A DNA stretch of 63,459 bases, filler included, from Bigelowiella natans CCMP2755 (taxonomy: Eukaryota; Protista; Cercozoa): assembly GCA_000320545.1 (NCBI GenBank). It is 5 parts of 5 records of this genome, joined end to end, with 100 filler letters (N's around TTAATTAATTAA, not from the genome) between each part and the next. Parts side by side here need not be neighbours in the genome. Positions count along the whole stretch, not along the records: positions 1 to 21,507 come from ADNK01001772.1; 4 more parts are not named here. One strand, given 5' to 3'. The notes below the pieces were generated by a model, which was not told the DNA's origin, made no database searches, and saw nothing but the letters and a program-made list of their open reading frames with translations. Positions 1 through 12,940 of this stretch are shown here, piece after piece. A program made the translations under genes and the position numbers. Numbering within the stretch: position 1 is the stretch's first letter; each line of letters starts with the position of its first letter.

Positions 1-620
1 TGTGGCTTTAAGGCCGAGTCAAAGGACATAGGCCCCTTAACTTGGTAAAAGAATTTTAGGTTTTTTGTTTGGGGGAGGGGGGGGGGCGGGGGGAAGGGGT
101 TTAGTCCATACACAAAACTTGCTAGTTCCTTCCTAATGGATTTAGTATTGATGACTTAACGTACATCTCCGTCATCGGAAACACGCTGTTCCCGTAGCTC
201 TTAATCTTCCCTGCGTGTAGCAAGGCCTCTGCGTCGCTCATGGCGCTAAGAGCCTCGGCGATCTCCGACAGCCCCCCGTGCTCCCCCTCCCCCCCCTTTG
301 CAATCAGATCATCGAAGAAATCATCGCCGTCGCCGCCGTTGAAGAAGCTGTCGCTCCTTTCCCACGCCATCCGTGTCTGCCCTCCCCCGCCCCCACTACT
401 GATGAAGGAGGAGGAGGAGGAGGAGGAGGAGGAGGGCGGCTCTTCCAAATGCGAAAGGCAGTTATATTGGAGAAACTCAACGAAGCGAGAGGGGCCCACG
501 TTGGAAGACTCTACTATATCCTGCAGTGGTTGTGGGTAGCACGACAAACGCAGCAGGAGAGTCGTTGGTTCATCATCAGGCAAGCCTTCATATGTATGTT
601 TATCTTTTATTCGTTGTGTG

Positions 621-651
<31 letters not shown>

Positions 652-1513
652 AAGTAGTAGTAGCAGTAACGTGAGTACAGGTTGTCGTGTTGTTGTCGTG
701 TTGTTCCGAATTATCAGAAAGTACACGACAGCAAGACGCCGAGCGAAACCATAGAAGACCATACAAGTCACATTGCTCTCACCTCCACGCTCATCTTCTT
801 CGTCTCCGCCTCCGCGGCCTCCGCTGCACGCACGCTGGTCGCTCTTTTCCCCCCTCCCTTCCTCTGCTCCTTCTTCGCGTACAAGATTTTCCCAAGGGCG
901 TGAAACACGGAGAAGGCCTCATCGCGTCCTCCTAGCGACGGGTCAAGTGCTCGTAGCCGCACCTTCACCCTGTTTCGATTCTTACTTTTGCCTCTGCCAA
1001 CGCGGCTGCTGCTGCTACCACTACTACTACTACTACTACTAATGCTAATACCTCTACTATTTCCTCGAGCGATTATAGACGTCGCCATCGAGGAGAAGGA
1101 GGAGGAGGAGGAGTAGGATTTGGCTGCCGTATTTGGCATCATCATCCTTTTTCTCTTTCCGGTCCGAGGGCCATCCGTTGTGCGTGTGCCCCCCCTCCCA
1201 TCGTCGTCTTCCATCGTCGGTGTTGCCGCTAGCTGGAGGGACAGTACAGCACAGCGGAGGTCCCCCTTCGCGCGCTCGGCGACTTCGCGGCAAAGGCTTT
1301 TGGTGACAAGCAGACCCTCTCGAGAGGCGATACGCTCTACCGCTTTTACAAGGCACGTGGTATTGACGGGATTGCAGGCTATGTGAGCCACCCGGGGGTC
1401 AGTTATGATCGAGGTGCCTAGCACTCGTTCCACCCTGGTGAGAGGAGAAGTAAGTGCGTGTGAATGAATAGCAGTCGATTTGGGTTAGATTCGAGGCCGT
1501 GTTACATACGCGT

Positions 1514-1552
<39 letters not shown>

Positions 1553-1734
1553 CACGTACATACACACACGAATATGTTGGAACGCTTTTGGCGTTGTTTC
1601 TATGAAAACGCAAGCAAGAATGGCCGCCCAAAAATCTTCCAGCAGTATCTGCATGGTGTCTCAACTACTCACTCTTTTGAATGGGGCGGTTCATTTGTCT
1701 TTAGGAGAAAATTGAGGTATGCAAGTCGATTACT

Positions 1735-1770
<36 letters not shown>

Positions 1771-2367
1771 TATAATAATATACACGTATGTATAGAGAAT
1801 ACATCTTTGTGGACTTACCCTGCCCCTCGGCTCTCATGCTGGTCAGTGTGTGTGAAAATGATTCGAGAGTAATGCTGCTGCTGCTGCTGCTGCGATCTCC
1901 TCCTTCGGCCCACCATGTTGTCTAAAGCAGCGAGGAGGACATCTTGGAACTCGTCGCGCTTAGCATCGGTGCCGATAAACGGGATATCTTCTATCACCAC
2001 GAGCTGCTCGCGGGACGTTGTCTTTCCCACCTTCTCATCCCCTCTCCTCGCCGAGTGTCCTCCTCGTCCTAGCCTGAGAGCAGAGTAGCGGCCTCGGAGA
2101 AGAAAATCGCGAAATGAGGCCATTTGGCTCCCGGAGGACCGCAAAGATGTGATATCTTTCAGCGATCCTCCGGCGCCTCCTGCCGCAAATACTGTTTTCG
2201 AGAGCGCACGTCCAGCTGCATCAGGCTCCTGTTGTGGCGTCGAGAAAGGGGAGGGGGGGGGAAGGGGGGTGGTTGATAGAAAGCATTATCGCTTGGAGAT
2301 CGATCGGTCTTTCGTGAGAAATCCTAAATTATTGCTCTGCTGCATGGTCATCATAGCTGACGTCGCC

Positions 2368-2401
<34 letters not shown>

Positions 2402-4056
2402 TCATCATCGTCGTCGTTATCGTCACCACCATGAGTAACAAGCATCACCTCACTCCAAGAAGATACAGCCAACCCTGCTTCTTCCGCCAGAACACGCACC
2501 TACACGATGTTGGCAGGGTATGTGAGCATAACGGGCACTTCTCGCTTAGAATTACCAGCTTTAGTAAATAAAATGATGGTGCTCAATCGAGAAAGATGGT
2601 GCAGATTGATGATGGCCATTTTCGCCACGAAACACTACAATGCTTCATAATTAGACGGTTTTGGTCTATACACACCAGCGTTGATTTGCCGCTGCCAGGG
2701 GGGCCTGAGAGGACTAGGAGCCTCTGCCCCGATCTGATGTATATATATACATATATATCGTCGTTCGAATGATTGCTAAACAAATGGCCTCGATGAAGAA
2801 AGACGAAGAGACTGAAAGTGCTTCAATGACTTGCATCGCTGCTACTGCTACTGCCATAGCTTCCTGTACGCTGAAAAGTCAATCACCTTTTCGAGGTATG
2901 AAGCCATTCCCTTACTTGCGCTATCTTCTTCCGGTGCAAGCAGAGCTCTTCGCTACTCTCGGGCGCGTGCTTCTCCGTCCACATGATATCGCTCTCTGCA
3001 TCCTCCTTTTCTATTGCAGCACTGCGTTCACGCCTACCCCCCCTCTTGTTGGCGTTGGCGCTGTCGTCGTAGAATGAGGAGGAGCTTGGCTGCTGGGTTC
3101 TGGAGAGTAGCTTTCCTCTCTTCTTTTTCTTCGCCTCCTTCTCCTCCTCGCTATCGTTAAATGCCTCATCATTGCCAGTGAGATCGATGTGTATGGGGGG
3201 AGAGGAGGAGCGGGGAAGCGATGATGATGTACGGTGTAGATTCTGTGCAAATGACACTAAGCATCAGTTTTCCATGACGCCCTCGCGCATTCGCACAATA
3301 TCGCAAACCATGGTTATTATTTAAACTTTTAATTCGAGCGCAGAGAGAATCATCCTCCAGCGTACCTTAGTAAGATGATCCCCCGCCTTTCCCCCCTCCT
3401 GCTGCTTTGCTCGACGCGAGGCCAGGAGTCGTGAGGAGAGAGGGAGTGCTCTCGATGACGAGGAGACGATGGAGGAGGAGGAACTGCTATTTGTTTTTCT
3501 TATCGGCAACTTCGTTTGCCGTGTCATTGCCGTCTTGATGGTGAACAGCCCGCGGTGACGCTTCTTTTTCTTCTTTTTCACTTCTGTAGTAAGACCCCCA
3601 GTATTATTACATCCCCCCCCCCCCCCCTTCACCTTGCTCTTTGTCACCAGGCCACTAGCGCCCAGTCCACCTCCAGGCGAAGCACGAACATAGTCGCATA
3701 CGGTACATTTCAAGTTTTCCTTCGGGTTGTGGAGGGTACACCTGGGGGAAATATTCGATAATCAATCGTCACGCCGTGTCTTCGCTTTCTCTCTTTCTTT
3801 CTTTCTTTCTAAATTTCTAACTTTCTACTTTTCTATCCGGCTTCATCCCCTTACTATGTAAGGTTCATACTCGTACCCCACTCGTTGCAACTGTTCCGCA
3901 TGTTGTCGAAACAGCAGAAGGGGGGGTGGAGAACGAATACCTTGGGCACGACCAGACTTTTAATGGGACATCGAGGCGTTCGATTTTCCTGGAGTCTTCG
4001 TCTGCGATACTATCCTCCCCATTCCAGTTTGTCTTTGTTTGTGAGGAAAAAGACAT
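1..4056 (-). CDS. RAD17: Checkpoint clamp loader RAD17/Rad24 (AAA+), multi-exon, with N-terminal RanBP2/NZF zinc finger; 3' end runs off the window
   Basis: Spliced exons give WTEKHAPESSEELCLHRKKIAQVREWL, Walker A LSGPPGSGKST (~2680-2712), LVVIEDIP, GDLRCAVLSLQ, GRDEAFSVFHALGKILYAK and FLQYNCL, all typical of RAD17. Exon 1 (4056-3941) joins exon 2 (from 3741) to give WSCPRCTLHNPKENLKCTVCDYVR. Confidence 0.9.
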
Positions 4057-4571
4057 GAACCTTCGAAGGGGGAGGCGTTCGTCCAGGACGCGATGAGAGC
4101 CTTGCACCGCTATCCGTTGAAGGAATGTTGCCGAGTTGTTGGCGAATAATCAATTTTAGTCCAAGATTTATCCGAATCCAATCTAAAGTATATTTCTTAT
4201 ATCTTTACGAATAGGCAAATAAAACGGCCTGGATTTGCGCCCAGTGCGGCCGAGACCGATCACTTTCCGAGCGAAAAACATGCGAAACGCGATTTTCGCG
4301 GGAAACTCCGGCAATTTTCCGGGAGTGCTGCTCGGCTGTGGCTTCCGAGATAGAATTGCATGGTTTGTCGAACAACACACAACATTGGGATTCATACAAT
4401 ACGACATAACTCGTTGTATGTCGTCACATATAAATACGCTTTGTTTCGTTTTATTCCATATATTCGCATCCCTGATTAATACTTAGCGATGCCTACCCGA
4501 GATTTCGCTGCCCTCCACTCCGACAGCGTGCCTGCGGATTTGCTATGGAATCTGGTAATCGAGTGACGAAG

Positions 4572-6750
4572 ATGGCAATAAGAGCGGCTCTCATCGACCT
4601 CAGGTAATGGCAGAGAACACCAAGCATTGGTAATTGCTCGGTGCCATTTGATGTTTCGTTGTTTCTGGCCCTCCTCCTTCGCAGCGGCACGTTGCACATT
4701 GGCAGTAAAGCGGTCTCAGGAGCTCAAGTCGCACTGAAGCGGCTCCGAGAGAGCGGAGTTAAGGTGAAATACGGCACTACCCTCCTCTCATTCCTTCATA
4801 GGCGGCATGTAGCGAGTTATCACACCCTTGTGCTACCGACAGGTTGCATTTGTGACCAATACGACGAAGGACAGCAAACGGGCTCTCTACGGCAAGCTTA
4901 AAGCAATGGATTTTGCTATTGACAAGTATTGACGCTTGTTTAATCTTGATACGGATATAATGCTGCTGATGAAACGGCGGTGACGAATTATGATGTTCTT
5001 TAAGGGGCGAAATATGGTCTTCCCTCGAGGCGGCGAAAACATGCATTTTAGAGCAGAAACTAAGGTATGAATGGGATAGAACCTTGTCGCTATGTTTTTG
5101 TAGTCATCACTGCAGACGCATGCAGCGCAAACAAAAAGGTCCAAACTGAGTGTTTGTGTATATGTTCCACCCATGCGTGAATAATTAAATGCAGGCCGAT
5201 GCTCCTGCTCTCCGACTCAGCGCTAGAAGACTTCAAAGATATCGATACGCAGGACCCCAATTCAGTTTTGGTAAATGACCATACTCGCGGTGGGGGGCAG
5301 CCAGCAGTAGAATGCTCAAATATTTGGGGAGGGCGGGAGCGTTTGACCGTGGTTTTTGGATCGGGTTGTAGATCAAACTGATGGAGGAAAATACAATGCA
5401 TCGCTATCAGTACGAAACCACGTTCTCTATAATAATTAATACATCAACTTTGATTGCGTCTTTTCCTACGGATGGAAAGTAAGGCATCCAGCAGAAACCA
5501 TTACGTAAATGTATCTCTCCTCCTCTTTTCGGACGTGGTTGCACGCAGGTCGGGCTGGCGCCATCCAAATTTGACTATGCACAACTCAATAGTGCCTTTC
5601 GACTATTGATGGAAAAGCGTGGGGAGGCGAAGCTAATCGCCATACATAAGGGCAGGTTGGTTGCTTATTTCCCGTATGTAAGCTGCGAGCAGCTGCTTCC
5701 AGTCCAATCACGCGCGAATGACCTCCTATCTCTCCTTTTTATCTTTTTGTCTTTACGTTCTCGCCGGTATTTTTTGCCTTCTGGCCGCTGCTTACGACAA
5801 GATACATGCAAAAGAGCGACGGGCGCCTATCTCTTGGACCAGGAGGTTTCGTATCGGCGTTGGAGTATGCATCTGGTAGGGCCAAAGAAGATACGTGTTT
5901 CTTCTGAACGCTGTTGGGTCGCAACTGCACGATAGGTTATAACAGGAACAATTGGTAACTCGTGCCATTCTGCTCCTACCCCCTCCTTTCGTCGTCGTCG
6001 TCCTATTCGTCTTCGTCTTCTTCGAATGGCTGCTCTCTCTTACTTTTGATAGGAGTGGAAGCAACGATCATAGGGAAACCCGAATCGTCTTTCTTCGAAA
6101 AGGCCTTGCAGAGATTGGATGCGAAGGTTTCTGTCCTCCGCAGTCGCTCCCCCCCCCCCCCACCACCTAATAAGTGGGAGGCTTTGTTGATTTTTTGGGT
6201 CCCATGTAGGCCGAGGAGGCGGTGATGATCGGCGATGACGTTCGCGACGATGTGGGGGGTGCACAGGTTGATCTTATCGTAGACTTGTTTCGGTAGACCC
6301 GCCCCCCCTTCCGCACGTATCAAAAGGGTTTCAAGCAATAAGATCCACAACAGCTATGCATTCTTCTTCTCATTGCGTAGGGCTGCGGGCTCAACGGTAT
6401 CTTGGTCAAGACTGGGAAGTACAGAGAAGGCGACGAAAGCAGGTATAATTAGTGACGGACAGAACGGATTTCGTTGTTTCTTGGGGGGGAGGGAAGGGAC
6501 TTTGCAGCGGAGTATATATCTCCGAATCCAATAGCTTCGGTGAATCATTTAGTCGATGTGAGGAGTGTGAGCTACACATATCCTACGCGTAAACGCCATA
6601 TTCTCTCCAATATTTCTCTGGGCGATAGATATTGAAGTTTGATTTGTTTGTTTAAGGCATGGAGTGAAGCCTTGGTATCTGGCTAAGGACTTTCCGGCAG
6701 CAGTTGATGCAATATTGAGGGAAAACGGCGTTTCTGACCAGCGTCACTGA
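4572..6750 (+). CDS. HDHD2: HAD subfamily IIA hydrolase, HDHD2/LHPP-like, multi-exon
   Basis: MAIRAALIDLS|GTLHIGSKAVSGAQVALKRLRESG, FVTNTTK, PMLLLSDSALEDFKDIDTQDPNSV, LIAIHKGRY, LGPGGFVSALEYAS, IIGKPESSFF, AVMIGDDVRDDVGGAQ, GILVKTGKYR; canonical GT-AG introns; TGA at 6748-6750. Confidence 0.93.
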
Positions 6751-7519
6751 GACGGTAGCAATGAAAAAGCAGCTGGCAAAAGCTCAGCTGGATCTAAATC
6801 AAAGCGTAGCTAGCGAAAATAACTTACCGCAAATAATCAAATGGAATGGAGGTCGGTATCTTTCTTCATGCAACAAGAGTTAGTCATCACCGCTATTATT
6901 AGAATTATTTGTCTTCTGGTCAATAGCCTTATCCGACACTATTCAGCAGGGCGTTGCTGTTATAACTATTGTCCATGCTAGTATTGCAGGCAAGGATGGA
7001 AGTATGAACGTACACATGATATCGCCGTGCACGTCATATGTTGTGTTAATGCTAGATTCAAAAATAGTACACTGCGCTCTGCGCAAATGTAGCGTGTCGT
7101 AAGCATAAGTCTATAGCTTCACGGCGGCGATACTATCGCTCGCGTTACGAGCGATGCGATCGACTTGTTGCATGTGCGCACGTATCGTACTCTAGTACTG
7201 TCTCACATATGTGAACCGGTCGTAATTATGTGCTATATTTCACCCATATTACTTCGTATATATTCGTCAGTTCATGTCACGAAATTTTGCAACCCAAATA
7301 CGGCAACAGCTGAGCATATTGCGCGCGACCATGGCATCATGTGCTCTAAACCGGTCATCGTTTGCAAAGCTACTGACTGCATCTCTATGTACATAAATGC
7401 CGTGATCTTGAGTAAGGCTAGAGCTCATCAGAAATTGGATTTGCATCTAAAGCGAGGTGCCTCTATCTTCCTATGTGTACCCAAACTCGATCGTTTCGGC
7501 GCTTTCATACTTCGTAACC

Positions 7520-8767
7520 TCATAATAAGTGGCTCGCTCGGCGGCATTCATCGATATAGCACACACAATTCCATACCATATGAGCTGTCGTCGCTGAAAC
7601 AACATTACTCGATGAAACGAGGAAAATGATGGAAAACAGCAGCCCCGAGATGAAATGCATGACAAGATTGGGCGCATTCAGCCACGAGTCAACATGGAAA
7701 AGAGCGAACATTCCTGCGGTGACAGTGGAGCTGGCTATTACTCCAAACCTCATCAAAACCAACTCCCTATTAGAACAAAAAATAACCTCATCAGCACGCA
7801 GCTGAGATGTTTCCCGATGCACAATGCTTCGATCTCAAATAATGAAAAATTACCTAAGGAAATAGCCCCTGAAGATCAGTTCCTCTCTCACGGGTCCCAT
7901 GACGAGGAGCCTCAAACTTGTCGCCTGACATGCACATTCAACCATGGAACTTTCAATCGCAGTAGCAACAAAAAAATCTTGTGGATGGACAACAGGGAAG
8001 AGGTATTCACTCGCGCCAGGCAGGCGTCACATGGCATAAGCACGATACCCAGTTCGGATCCCAGCCATTTGTCTGATGTAGCAGGCCTTGGCGATTGATG
8101 TGACTGTCACTCCCCGCAACTAAATTAACTTGTCCGATTGATGACAACAAAACATTCAAAACTGCGATTCCTATCGAGCTCAAGAGCAACCCCAGGGCTA
8201 TCGCTCTGCTATCCCTCTTCCAAGAAAGCGCCCTCATTCTTCCACCGGTAATCTTAAGGGCTGCGGCAATCATAGCAGTGTCGATCAAAATCATCAATGC
8301 CCCTTGTGACAGGTCGTTCGTGATAAAGCGCGACAAATTTATTCGAAAAGCCTCGAGTATCAGTACAACGCTGTGGACCGCGAGCAAAGTGCCTGATCAT
8401 AGTGCAACACGCTCTGTGAATGAGGTGGAATTTCCCTACGCAGAATTAAGCTGAGACTTTGAATACTCGATGGATCTACTCTTGTAGACTCACCAAGCGC
8501 GGTGGAGAAGCTATTCTTCTTCTTTCCGATCTCCGAAGGGTCAAACGAGACGTGGCTGCTGCTGCGAAACCTGGCGATTCCAGTCGTTATCAAACCTTTG
8601 GCACCCAACCCCTGCACAAACGACATTCGACGTCGCCCCACCACCAAATCGTGATGTGTTCCTTCCCATCGTGCGCGAGGAGGCGCCGCTATGGTGTCGG
8701 GAGGTCTGTGAAAGAAGGGAGAGCAACCTCCGCCTGGAGTGGGGAGGAGCGAGAAGGATTTGGGCAT
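7520..8767 (-). CDS. CPBP (CAAX protease type II/Abi) family intramembrane metalloprotease; 5' end uncertain
   Basis: Exon ~7856-7923 reads LLVMGPVREELIFRGYFLR (EExxxR motif); the last exon has GMFALFH (FxxxH) and AHMVWN (HxxxN); hydrophobic helices in ORF 8007-8387. Confidence 0.82.
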
Positions 8768-9408
8768 TACTATCCCCGAAATGCAGGGGGTTTGTTTGAA
8801 TGCGTCTTGAATCACGATCAAAAAATCATGTCGCAGGATGGAATCCCTCACTACATTGTGTTCGCCGTCAATTTTCCACAGTGGTCTCATTGAGGAGGGT
8901 TGCTTCGTTCACCCACCCGCTTCGCTCACCGTTGGAAACACTTTGTTCATTCATCCCGCCTTCGCGTGCACACAGTTCAGCCGCTCAATGTTTCATTCAT
9001 CACTCGCAGCAAAACCATCGCCGAGTCTAGGAGCATGTGCATGCGTGACCATCCACTGGCTCCAGAGCTAGCCAGTCCAGTCTGGTTGAACACTCACAAC
9101 TCATGCTCACGCACGTGCATTTGTGCGTGTTGTTTTGTTGGCATTGCTCTGGTGCTTGTCTGGTTGATTGACCATTCGTGCCACATGCGGATGGCTCATT
9201 GATCACGTGCATCGCCCACAATCACCCAACGCAGACCGCAATTGGCAGACCGCGTGCGCGAATTTCGCGCACAGCAGCACATCGACATGTTCCTTCACAC
9301 GTGCGCCATTTGAGGGAATTTGATCTCACTCCAGTTGCATGCTCACGCTTGTTGCATGTGTGGACACGTGTGCATCCATGATCAAGCCTTAGTTGCTCGC
9401 AAGTTTTT

Positions 9409-10044
9409 GTGAGCATCACGTGGGACTTGATGAAGAAAATGACATTTGGGTGGCGCTCATGCTTGAGGCTAGTCGGCCCCGAAGGAACATCTGTCATCGC
9501 ATCTGGAGAACAATTTTGTGAAAACGTGAAGGAATTGGTGGCCGACTCTGGGGATGAGCGAGAATTTCAGTTCCGATATGTGAATCAATCTGAACCTGCC
9601 TCAGGTCTGACAGCAAGTATCTCAATGACCTTCACAACGCAATTATTTAAATTCTACGCCTACTTAAATTAAAATGTAATTCTATACTCTATACAGATGG
9701 AATGACAAAATGGATCAACGGTTATCCAGCTGCTCAATCTTTGAAAATTATTGGCTACAGACCCATTGATAGTGCACAAAAGGTGGCATGCCCCTGCCTA
9801 TTTCATCGGAGGAACATTAGACAAATGGGCTCCAAAGAACCTTATTAACGAAGCCTCAAGAAAAGTCAAAGATGGAGTGTATATGGAATTGAAAGGACGT
9901 CACTTTGATTTTGCCCTAAACAAGAAAATAAAAGGTGATGCAACATCTCAAGTAACATTATTTTTTGGGAAGCATCTTTCAATGAGTAGTGCTTGTGTGG
10001 GTGAGGTGCAAAAAGGCATATCATCTGTGGCGGGAAACATTTGA
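9409..10044 (+). pseudogene. Truncated, frameshifted bacterial-type alpha/beta hydrolase (C-terminal half only)
   Basis: LRLVGPEGTS...(phase-1 intron ~9605-9696)...WINGYPAAQSLKIIGYRPIDSAQKVACP, then a +1 frameshift near 9791-9803, then AYFIGGTLDKWAP...ELKGRHFDF...FFGKHL. Putative catalytic Asp and His are present; no N-terminal nucleophile half was found. Confidence 0.55.
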
Positions 10045-11224
10045 ATGATTACTTAATATGATAGGATAAAAAGACTACAACAATGCAAATATGCTATCAT
10101 CAAAAATACCAATATCGAACTTGGCCATCTACACTGAGTGAACTGCGCTACATCACTGCTGATAAATCATGCTGTCGACAAATGATCTTGCAGTAAAATT
10201 ATCCTACGCTAGTACGCGCGTGCGCTGGTGCGTTGCCTTTGAACACTTCACACCTACTGGCGTGGAGACACAATCATCATTGTGTGACAACGTGTCTCTG
10301 CAAGCTGACACCATGTAACAACGTGTCTCTGTGCTGGTACTCATGCAGCAAATGCCTGAGCCATGCTGTCACAGATTCACAGATGGAGCAATCTCTAGCT
10401 GGCTAACTCCCCTGGTCCCCCCTGCTAGCCTGTCTAGCTGTGGTCCGCAATGCACACCGCTAGACATACAACATCATGCGAAGCGACACCACGCAACTTC
10501 TACATCTAGCTAGCCGCCTTGCTCAATGTTGTCGTCAGAGAGCGCACACAGTCACCTCACGACCAACAAAGGATGTTTTGTTTTTGCGCACGTCATTTCC
10601 ATTTTCCTCCTCATGCAATTCATGTTCACAAACATGCACCTTGCTACTTGGCAACAGTTTCTGCATGTCTAGATCTAGAGATGTGTGCACCAACACCTTC
10701 GCCAGACAAGAATTTCTCTCCTGAAAACCAGCTAGGCCGCAAATTTGTGTTCTTGGTCACTTGATCTCAAGCTAGCTCATCATGCTCATGCTCGCGCTCT
10801 GCGGTTTGTCTTCGATGTGATTTTTGCTCGCGCTGCGACACATGCACTTTTTTTGGATGCGATTAGCTCGCGTCGGATGAGATGACTCGCGCGCGCACGA
10901 TGACGGCGACGATGAAGGTGCGCTGCCTTTACTGAAGCTGAAAAAATCCATCACAACGCCATCATCTAGCCCAAGTATGCGATGAATGGTAATCCGGCCC
11001 AGGCTAGCAGGGACATGCATGCAGTTAGCACATCTCGCCCGTCGGTAGCAGTAGTGGCGCGCGTCGTTGAATTATCAAAAAATATCGTCAATATTATTCG
11101 ACCATCCATCATTATTCGATTCGTATATTCCCTCCAAAATGTCAGACGTTCCTTGTTAAATGTACATGCTGTGCAGAATGAAATGAGTTGTACACAAGAG
11201 ATGCGTACTTTTCGCTCTTTTCCC

Positions 11225-11814
11225 TCATACTACAGCAGTGAAGGCGTTGCGATATGCCCTCTTTGAGACTTTCGTAAAGAACTTCTCCGCATCGTCTGCG
11301 GAAAAAGAAGAGTAGAAACCACACTATCATTCATTATCTCGAAAAGTAAGAGGGCAACGACGTACAATCACGACACAATGAAGGCGACAGGAAGGAGGTG
11401 GTGAAGAGAAAGGAAATCCGTATTTTGTCTCACATGTATGATAAGTGCGGAAAAGAAGAAACTCAAAAAAGTTATTAATGAATGACTCATTTATATTCGA
11501 AACACTGCTTAATCCAGAGAGTAATGTTTCAAATTCAAGACCCTCATTCTTGAAAGAATCAAATAATTATTGCCAATAGCATGTGATATTCCATACCGCA
11601 ATGCGGTAGTGGTCGATCGATGATTTTGTATACACTACCCCACCCCACCCTGCGGACTACGGAAACGTTGTATCCGGAAAGAAGTGTTATTTTTCGCAGA
11701 TTTGAATGAGAAAACACCTCGTAATTTATATAGACTCTCTGCGTTCATAAAGGTGCGCCCTTTCTCCACGGCCGCAGTGACCTTCGCATGGTATTGATGT
11801 TGTGGCAGGATCCC

Positions 11815-11855
<41 letters not shown>

Positions 11856-11893
11856 CACATGTTATGTTATGTTCTTTCAAAGAGAAGAGGAGC

Positions 11894-11945
<52 letters not shown>

Positions 11946-12165
11946 TCCCGCATCGATATCGTGCGACATAAATCGTCTGGATACTTGCTCATTGCGTTTT
12001 CATTGCCAGGAGCATATGTATGTTCCTACTAGTGTTGTCCCCCTCCTCTTCACTTCTTACTCACAATTTACCTTATCTAGAACGGGCTGCTTGGTCCTCT
12101 TGGAATACTTCTTTACTATTTTCCTCACAGCTAACTTGTTCACCTACACGCCGAAAGCAATAAAT

Positions 12166-12247
<82 letters not shown>

Positions 12248-12576
12248 GTGTGTGCTACGGCGACGAAAGCACAAGAACGAAATGATTATTTGGTAGCGAT
12301 AGCATGTGTACAGGGCGGAGGCTTGGTCGAAGAATACAATAGGGACCAAGATGATGGTAGATCACACAAGCATATCCATTTAAATCCAGAACAACACATT
12401 CCTCTGCTTCTTCTGTTTTTGCATCGCTGCTACTATTAGCTCACCTCGACGAAGGAAACGAGCATATTAATGTCGTGGCTGATGTGATGAGCAAGCGCGC
12501 TCATCGCTTTCGTCTTCGCGTACTGGAGGGAGTTGAAGTCATCCGAGTTGTGGTACAGAAGACTAGATATGATGAT

Positions 12577-12612
<36 letters not shown>

Positions 12613-12903
12613 AATCAAAGCGTGAAAACTGATCATTACAAAGCATCTGAAGACAGTCCTAGTGTCAGTTGTATTTCTAGTTTTACGAGCACATTTCGTT
12701 TTTTCCGATGGACTTCCAAGACCCCACCTCTACCCAACCGACAGTTACCTGGCCTTATCAAGCTGGATGCGGAGACTCTCTACCATCTTGAGATAGAACG
12801 CCTCCACAAGGTTCACTTCGTCCTCTGTGACAAGGTAAGTGCATTGCATGCAGCCAAGCGTAATAATAAGTTTTTGGGCAAGTAAGGAGAATCGATTCAT
12901 ACC

Positions 12904-12940
<37 letters not shown>

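Noticed and set aside
10288-10331. 13-bp direct repeat caacgtgtctctg, a possible transposon end or CRISPR-like unit
   Set aside because: Only two copies, with no terminal inverted repeats, transposase/RT ORF or spacer array. No CRISPR, rRNA or tRNA was recognised anywhere in the window.
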